64,000 nucleotides of DNA, from positions 15,438,001-15,502,000 of the forward strand of contig OZ059900.1 in NCBI GenBank assembly GCA_964057225.1. Reading direction: 5' to 3'. Made by a program: the position numbers and the translations under genes. Below the pieces are notes generated by a model. It was not told the DNA's origin. It was given only the letters and a program-made list of their open reading frames with translations, and ran no database searches. Position 1 is the stretch's first letter; each line of letters starts with the position of its first letter. Shown here piece after piece: positions 55,501 through 64,000 of the stretch. The DNA comes from Auanema rhodensis. Taxonomy: Eukaryota; Animalia; Nematoda.

Positions 55501-58500
55501 TCTAGTGTTCAGCATGTAAAATGCTTCATTTTAGTATGTAACACGCTGAAATTCGTTGCATTTGACGACTCATATGAACAAAAATCGATTTAATCAATAT
55601 TAGCCATAAGGGGCGTGCCCTCAGAATATGCTAATTTCCTTAATTTTCTAACCCCTGTTTTTTAGTCGTGAAAGTGGAACTAGACGTTGTACAAACAATT
55701 TTGAGCTAGGTTTCATTGACATTGCATGAGTTTGAACACATGAAATCGTAAGTCAAAACCTTGTTTACAGCGAAATTTCCAAAAACTGGTTTTCCAGCAT
55801 AATAAAATATTTCTCATGGGAAATACTGTGTTTTTGTATTTTTCTAGTGTTCAGCATGTAAAATGCTTCATTTTAGTATGTAACACGCTGAAATTCGTTG
55901 CATTTGACGACTCATATGAACAAAAATCGATTTAATCAATATTAGCTATAAAGGGCGTGCCCTCAGAATATGCTAATTTCCTTAATTTTCTAACCCCGGT
56001 TTTTTTGTCGTGAAAGTGGAACTAGACGTTGTAGGAACAATTTTGAGCTAGGTTTCATTGACATTGCATGAGTTTGAACACATGAAATCGTAAGTCAAAA
56101 CCTTGTTTACAGCGAAATTTTCAAAAACTGGTTTTCCAGCATAATAAAATATTTCTCATGGGAAATACTGTGTTTTTGTATTTTTCTAGTGTTCAGCATG
56201 TAAAATGCTTCATTTTAGTATGTAACACGCTGAAATTCGTTGCATTTGACGACTCATATGAACAAAAATCGATTTAATCAATATTAGCCATAAGGGGCGT
56301 GCCCTCAGAATATGCTAATTTCCTTAATTTTCTAACCCCTGTTTTTTTGTCGTGAAAGTGGAACTAGACGTTGTACGAACAATTTTGAGCTAGGTTTCAT
56401 TGACATTGCATGAGTTTGAACACATGAAATCGTAAGTCAAAACCTTGTTTACAGCGAAATTTCCAAAAACTGGTTTTCCAGCATAATAAAATATTTCTCA
56501 TGGGAAATACTGTGTTTTTGTATTTTTCTAGTGTTCAGCATGTAAAATGCTTCATTTTAGTATGTAACACGCTGAAATTCGTTGCATTTGACGACTCATA
56601 TGAACAAAAATCGATTTAATCAATATTAGCCATAAGGGGCGTGCCCTCAGAATATGCTAATTTCCTTAATTTTCTAACCCCTGTTTTTTTGTCGTGAAAG
56701 TGGAACTAGACGTTGTACGAACAATTTTGAGCTGGGTTTCATTGACATTGCATGAGTTTGAACACATGAAATCGTAAGTCAAAACCTTGTTTACAGCGAA
56801 ATTTCCAAAAACTGGTTTTCCAGCATAATAAAATATTTCTCATGGGAAATACTGTGTTTTTGTATTTTTCTAGTGTTCAGCATGTAAAATGCTTCATTTT
56901 AGTATGTAACACGCTGAAATTCGTTGCATTTGACGACTCATATGAACAAAAATCGATTTAATCAATATTAGCCATAAAGGGCGTGCTCTCAGAATATGCT
57001 AATTTCCTTAATTTTCTAACCCCTGTTTTTTTGTCGTGAAAGTGGAACTAGACGTTGTAGGAACAATTTTGAGCTAGGTTTCATTGACATTGCATGAGTT
57101 TGAACACATGAAATCGTAAGTCAAAACCTTGTTTACAGCGAAATTTCCAAAAACTGGTTTTCCAGCATAATAAAATATTTCTCATGGGAAATACTGTGTT
57201 TTTGTATTTTTCTAGCGTTCAGCATGTAAAATGCTTCATTTTAGTATGTGACACGCTGAAATTCGTTGCATTTGACGACTCATATGAACAAAAATCGATT
57301 TAATCAATATTAGCCATAAGGGGCGTGCCCTCAGAATATGCTAATTTCCTTAATTTTCTAACCCCTGTTTTTTTGTCGTGAAAGTGGAACTAGACGTTGT
57401 ACGAACAATTTTGAGCTAGGTTTCATTGACATTGCATGAGTTTGAACACATGAAATCGTAAGTCAAAACCTTGTTTACAGCGAAATTTCCAAAAACTGGT
57501 TTTCCAGCATAATAAAATATTTCTCATGGGAAATACTGTGTTTTTGTATTTTTCTAGTGTTCAGCATGTAAAATGCTTCATTTTAGTATGTAACACGCTG
57601 AAATTCGTTGCATTTGACGACTCATATGAACAAAAATCGATTTAATCAATATTAGCCATAAGGGGCGTGCCCTCAGAATATGCTAATTTCCTTAATTTTC
57701 TAACCCCTGTTTTTTTGTCGTGAAAGTGGAACTAGACGTTGTACGAACAATTTTGAGCTGGGTTTCATTGACATTGCATGAGTTTGAACACATGAAATCG
57801 TAAGTCAAAACCTTGTTTACAGCGAAATTTCCAAAAACTGGTTTTCCAGCATAATAAAATATTTCTCATGGGAAATACTGTGTTTTTGTATTTTTCTAGT
57901 GTTCAGCATGTAAAATGCTTCATTTTAGTATGTAACACGCTGAAATTCGTTGCATTTGACGACTCATATGAACAAAAATCGATTTAATCAATATTAGCCA
58001 TAAGGGGCGTGCCCTCAGAATATGCTAATTTCCTTAATTTTCTAACCCCTGTTTTTTAGTCGTGAAAGTGGAACTAGACGTTGTACGAACAATTTTGAGC
58101 TAGGTTTCATTGACATTGCATGAGTTTGAACACATGAAATCGTAAGTCAAAACCTTGTTTACAGCGAAATTTCCAAAAACTGGTTTTCCAGCATAATAAA
58201 ATATTTCTCATGGGAAATACTGTGTTTTTGTATTTTTCTAGTGTTCAGCATGTAAAATGCTTCATTTTAGTATGTAACACGCTGAAATTCGTTGCATTTG
58301 ACGACTCATATGAACAAAAATCGATTTAATCAATATTAGCTATAAAGGGCGTGCCCTCAGAATATGCTAATTTCCTTAATTTTCTAACCCCGGTTTTTTT
58401 GTCGTGAAAGTGGAACTAGACGTTGTAGGAACAATTTTGAGCTAGGTTTCATTGACATTGCATGAGTTTGAACACATGAAATCGTAAGTCAAAACCTTGT

Positions 58501-61500
58501 TTACAGCGAAATTTTCAAAAACTGGTTTTCCAGCATAATAAAATATTTCTCATGGGAAATACTGTGTTTTTGTATTTTTCTAGTGTTCAGCATGTAAAAT
58601 GCTTCATTTTAGTATGTAACACGCTGAAATTCGTTGCATTTGACGACTCATATGAACAAAAATCGATTTAATCAATATTAGCCATAAGGGGCGTGCCCTC
58701 AGAATATGCTAATTTCCTTAATTTTCTAACCCCTGTTTTTTTGTCGTGAAAGTGGAACTAGACGTTGTACGAACAATTTTGAGCTAGGTTTCATTGACAT
58801 TGCATGAGTTTGAACACATGAAATCGTAAGTCAAAACCTTGTTTACAGCGAAATTTCCAAAAACTGGTTTTCCAGCATAATAAAATATTTCTCATGGGAA
58901 ATACTGTGTTTTTGTATTTTTCTAGTGTTCAGCATGTAAAATGCTTCATTTTAGTATGTAACACGCTGAAATTCGTTGCATTTGACGACTCATATGAACA
59001 AAAATCGATTTAATCAATATTAGCCATAAGGGGCGTGCCCTCAGAATATGCTAATTTCCTTAATTTTCTAACCCCTGTTTTTTTGTCGTGAAAGTGGAAC
59101 TAGACGTTGTACGAACAATTTTGAGCTGGGTTTCATTGACATTGCATGAGTTTGAACACATGAAATCGTAAGTCAAAACCTTGTTTACAGCGAAATTTCC
59201 AAAAACTGGTTTTCCAGCATAATAAAATATTTCTCATGGGAAATACTGTGTTTTTGTATTTTTCTAGTGTTCAGCATGTAAAATGCTTCATTTTAGTATG
59301 TAACACGCTGAAATTCGTTGCATTTGACGACTCATATGAACAAAAATCGATTTAATCAATATTAGCCATAAGGGGCGTGCCCTCAGAATATGCTAATTTC
59401 CTTAATTTTCTAACCCCTGTTTTTTAGTCGTGAAAGTGGAACTAGACGTTGTACGAACAATTTTGAGCTAGGTTTCATTGACATTGCATGAGTTTGAACA
59501 CATGAAATCGTAAGTCAAAACCTTGTTTACAGCGAAATTTCCAAAAACTGGTTTTCCAGCATAATAAAATATTTCTCATGGGAAATACTGTGTTTTTGTA
59601 TTTTTCTAGTGTTCAGCATGTAAAATGCTTCATTTTAGTATGTAACACGCTGAAATTCGTTGCATTTGACGACTCATATGAACAAAAATCGATTTAATCA
59701 ATATTAGCCATAAGGGGCGTGCCCTCAGAATATGCTAATTTCCTTAATTTTCTAACCCCTGTTTTTTTGTCGTGAAAGTGGAACTAGACGTTGTACGAAC
59801 AATTTTGAGCTAGGTTTCATTGACATTGCATGAGTTTGAACACATGAAATCGTAAGTCAAAACCTTGTTTACAGCGAAATTTCCAAAAACTGGTTTTCCA
59901 GCATAATAAAATATTTCTCATGGGTATTACTGTGTTTTTGTATTTTTCTAGTGTTCAGCATGTAAAATGCTTCATTTTAGTATGTAACACGCTGAAATTC
60001 GTTGCATTTGACGACTCATATGAACAAAAATCGATTTAATCAATATTAGCCATAAGGGGCGTGCCCTCAGAATATGCTAATTTCCTTAATTTTCTAACCC
60101 CTGTTTTTTTGTCGTGAAAGTGGAACTAGACGTTGTACGAACAATTTTGAGCTAGGTTTCATTGACATTGCATGAGTTTGAACACATGAAATCGTAAGTC
60201 AAAACCTTGTTTACAGTGAAATTTCCAAAAACTGGTTTTCCAGCATAATAAAATATTTCTCATGGGAAATACTGTGTTTTTGTATTTTTCTAGTGTTCAG
60301 CATGTAAAATGCTTCATTTTAGTATGTAACACGCTGAATATCGTTGCATTTGACGACTCATATGAACAAAAATCGATTTAATCAATATTAGCCATAAGGG
60401 GCGTGCCCTCAGAATATGCTAATTTCCTTAATTTTCTAACCCCTGTTTTTTTGTCGTGAAAGTGGAACTAGACGTTGTACGAACAATTTTGAGCTAGGTT
60501 TCATTGACATTGCATGAGTTTGAACACATGAAATCGTAAGTCAAAACCTTGTTTACAGCGAAATTTCCAAAAACTGGTTTTCCAGCATAATAAAATATTT
60601 CTCATGGGAAATACTGTGTTTTTGTATTTTTCTAGTGTTCAGCATGTGAAATGCTTCATTTTAGTATGTAACACGCTGAAATTCGTTGCATTTGACGACT
60701 CATATGAACAAAAATCGATTTAATCAATATTAGCCATAAAGGGCGTGCCCTCAGAATATGCTAATTTCCTTAATTTTCTAACCCCTGTTTTTTTGTCGTG
60801 AAAGTGGAACTAGACGTTGTAGGAACAATTTTGAGCTAGGTTTCATTGACATTGCATGAGTTTGAACACATGAAATCGTAAGTCAAAACCTTGTTTACAG
60901 CGAAATTTCCAAAAACTGGTTTTCCAGCATAATAAAATATTTCTCATGGGAAATACTGTGTTTTTGTATTTTTCTAGTGTTCAGCATGTAAAATGCTTCA
61001 TTTTAGTATATAACACGCTGAAATTCGTTGCATTTGACGACTCATATGAACAAAAATCGATTTAATCAATATTAGCCATAAGGGGCGTGCCCTCAGAATA
61101 TGCTAATTTCCTTAATTTTCTAACCCCTGTTTTTTTGTCGTGAAAGTGGAACTAGACGTTGTACGAACAATTTTGAGCTAGGTTTCATTGACATTGCATG
61201 AGTTTGAACACATGAAATCGTAAGTCAAAACCTTGTTTACAGCGAAATTTCCAAAAACTGGTTTTCCAGCATAATAAAATATTTCTCATGGGTATTACTG
61301 TGTTTTTGTATTTTTCTAGTGTTCAGCATGTAAAATGCTTCATTTTAGTATGTAACACGCTGAAATTCGTTGCATTTGACGACTCATATGAACAAAAATC
61401 GATTTAATCAATATTAGCCATAAGGGGCGTGCCCTCAGAATATGCTAATTTCCTTAATTTTCTAACCCCTGTTTTTTTGTCGTGAAAGTGGAACTAGACG

Positions 61501-64000
61501 TTGTAGGAACAATTTTGAGCTAGGTTTCATTGACATTGCATGAGTTTGAACACATGAAATCGTAAGTCAAAACCTTGTTTACAGCGAAATTTTCAAAAAC
61601 TGGTTTTCCAGCATAATAAAATATTTCTCATGGGAAATACTGTGTTTTTGTATTTTTCTAGTGTTCAGCATGTAAAATGCTTCATTTTAGTACGTAACAC
61701 GCTGAAATTCGTTGCATTTGACGACTCATATGAACAAAAATCGATTTAATCAATATTAGCCATAAGGGGCGTGCCCTCAGAATATGCTAATTTCCTTAAT
61801 TTTCTAACCCCTGTTTTTTTGTCGTGAAAGTGGAACTAGACGTTGTACGAACAATTTTGAGCTAGGTTTCATTGACATTGCATGAGTTTGAACACATGAA
61901 ATCGTAAGTCAAAACCTTGTTTACAGCGAAATTTCCAAAAACTGGTTTTCCAGCATAATAAAATATTTCTCATGGGAAATACTGTGTTTTTGTATTTTTC
62001 TAGTGTTCAGCATGTAAAATGCTTCATTTTAGTATGTAACACGCTGAAATTCGTTGCATTTGACGACTCATATGAACAAAAATCGATTTAATCAATATTA
62101 GCCATAAGGGGCGTGCCCTCAGAATATGCTAATTTCCTTAATTTTCTAACCCCTGTTTTTTTGTCGTGAAAGTGGAACTAGACGTTGTACGAACAATTTT
62201 GAGCTGGGTTTCATTGACATTGCATGAGTTTGAACACATGAAATCGTAAGTCAAAACCTTGTTTACAGCGAAATTTCCAAAAACTGGTTTTCCAGCATAA
62301 TAAAATATTTCTCATGGGAAATACTGTGTTTTTGTATTTTTCTAGTGTTCAGCATGTAAAATGCTTCATTTTAGTATGTAACACGCTGAAATTCGTTGCA
62401 TTTGACGACTCATATGAACAAAAATCGATTTAATCAATATTAGCCATAAGGGGCGTGCCCTCAGAATATGCTAATTTCCTTAATTTTCTAACCCCTGTTT
62501 TTTAGTCGTGAAAGTGGAACTAGACGTTGTACGAACAATTTTGAGCTAGGTTTCATTGACATTGCATGAGTTTGAACACATGAAATCGTAAGTCAAAACC
62601 TTGTTTACAGCGAAATTTCCAAAAACTGGTTTTCCAGCATAATAAAATATTTCTCATGGGAAATACTGTGTTTTTGTATTTTTCTAGTGTTCAGCATGTA
62701 AAATGCTTCATTTTAGTATGTAACACGCTGAAATTCGTTGCATTTGACGACTCATATGAACAAAAATCGATTTAATCAATATTAGCCATAAAGGGCGTGC
62801 CCTCAGAATATGCTAATTTCCTTAATTTTCTAACCCCGGTTTTTTTGTCGTGAAAGTGGAACTAGACGTTGTAGGAACAATTTTGAGCTAGGTTTCATTG
62901 ACATTGCATGAGTTTGTACACATGAAATCGTAAGTCAAAACCTTGTTTACAGCGAAATTTTCAAAAACTGGTTTTCCAGCATAATAAAATATTTCTCATG
63001 GGAAATACTGTGTTTTTGTATTTTTCTAGTGTTCAGCATGTAAAATGCTTCATTTTAGTATGTAACACGCTGAAATTCGTTGCATTTGACGACTCATATG
63101 AACAAAAATCGATTTAATCAATATTAGCCATAAGGGGCGTGCCCTCAGAATATGCTAATTTCCTTAATTTTCTAACCCCTGTTTTTTTGTCGTGAAAGTG
63201 GAACTAGACGTTGTACGAACAATTTTGAGCTAGGTTTCATTGACATTGCATGAGTTTGAACACATGAAATCGTAAGTCAAAACCTTGTTTACAGCGAAAT
63301 TTCCAAAAACTGGTTTTCCAGCATAATAAAATATTTCTCATGGGAAATACTGTGTTTTCGTATTTTTCTAGTGTTCAGCATGTAAAATGCTTCATTTTAG
63401 TATGTAACACGCTGAAATTCGTTGCATTTGACGACTCATATGAACAAAAATCGATTTAATCAATATTAGCCATAAGGGGCGTGCCCTCAGAATATGCTAA
63501 TTTCCTTAATTTTCTAACCCCTGTTTTTTTGTCGTGAAAGTAGAACTAGACGTTGTACGAACAATTTTGAGCTGGGTTTCATTGACATTGCATGAGTTTG
63601 AACACATGAAATCGTAAGTCAAAACCTTGTTTACAGCGAAATTTCCAAAAACTGGTTTTCCAGCATAATAAAATATTTCTCATGGGAAATACTGTGTTTT
63701 TGTATTTTTCTAGTGTTCAGCATGTAAAATGCTTCATTTTAGTATGTAACACGCTGAAATTCGTTGCATTTGACGACTCATATGAACAAAAATCGATTTA
63801 ATCAATATTAGCCATAAGGGGCGTGCCCTCAGAATATGCTAATTTCCTTAATTTTCTAACCCCTGTTTTTTTGTCGTGAAAGTGGAACTAGACGTTGTAC
63901 GAACAATTTTGAGCTGGGTTTCATTGACATTGCATGAGTTTGAACACATGAAATTGTAAGTCAAAACCTTGTTTACAGCGAAATTTCCAAAAACTGGTTT

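Larger units (their letters stand above)
1..64000 (+). repeat. Tandem satellite DNA array, 342-bp monomer, ~187 copies, mostly ~99% identical (candidate centromeric/pericentromeric satellite; family not identified)
   Basis: Monomer starts 'tgtttttttgtcgtgaaagtgg' recur every 342 bp (e.g. 4250, 4592; 11576 to 28676 = 50x342; 38898 to 63864 = 73x342). Most copies differ from consensus by about 0-4 substitutions. The array continues past both window ends. Confidence 0.99.

Noticed and set aside
1-64000. CRISPR-like or cassette array
   Set aside because: The units are fully repeated with no unique spacers or variable cassettes, and there are no associated genes.

Overview
The whole 64 kb is one homogeneous head-to-tail satellite DNA array of about 187 copies of an AT-rich 342-bp monomer (about 34% GC, by hand count). 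Period check: 'cgtgaaagtg' starts lines 13981, 17401, 20821, 24241 and 27661, which are 3420 bp = 10x342 apart. There are no credible genes, RNA genes, transposons or CRISPR spacers; the single ORF comes from a chance loss of a stop codon. The array looks like eukaryotic centromeric or pericentromeric satellite, but I cannot name the family or host. Its internal structure has four parts. (1) The first ~1.5 kb is rearranged, with a 26-bp tandem duplication, a 179-bp deletion, a 288-bp inverted satellite insert flanked by a 12-bp direct duplication with stuttered junction copies, and a more diverged monomer. (2) Breakpoints of four different rearrangements cluster at the base of a ~37-bp imperfect inverted repeat in the monomer. 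(3) The monomer is dense in dyad symmetries, and several variants perfect them. (4) Diagnostic SNPs and indels define successive haplotype domains with irregular, nascent higher-order repeats (offsets of 2, 3, 5, 7, 10, 12, 14, 18 and 19 monomers).
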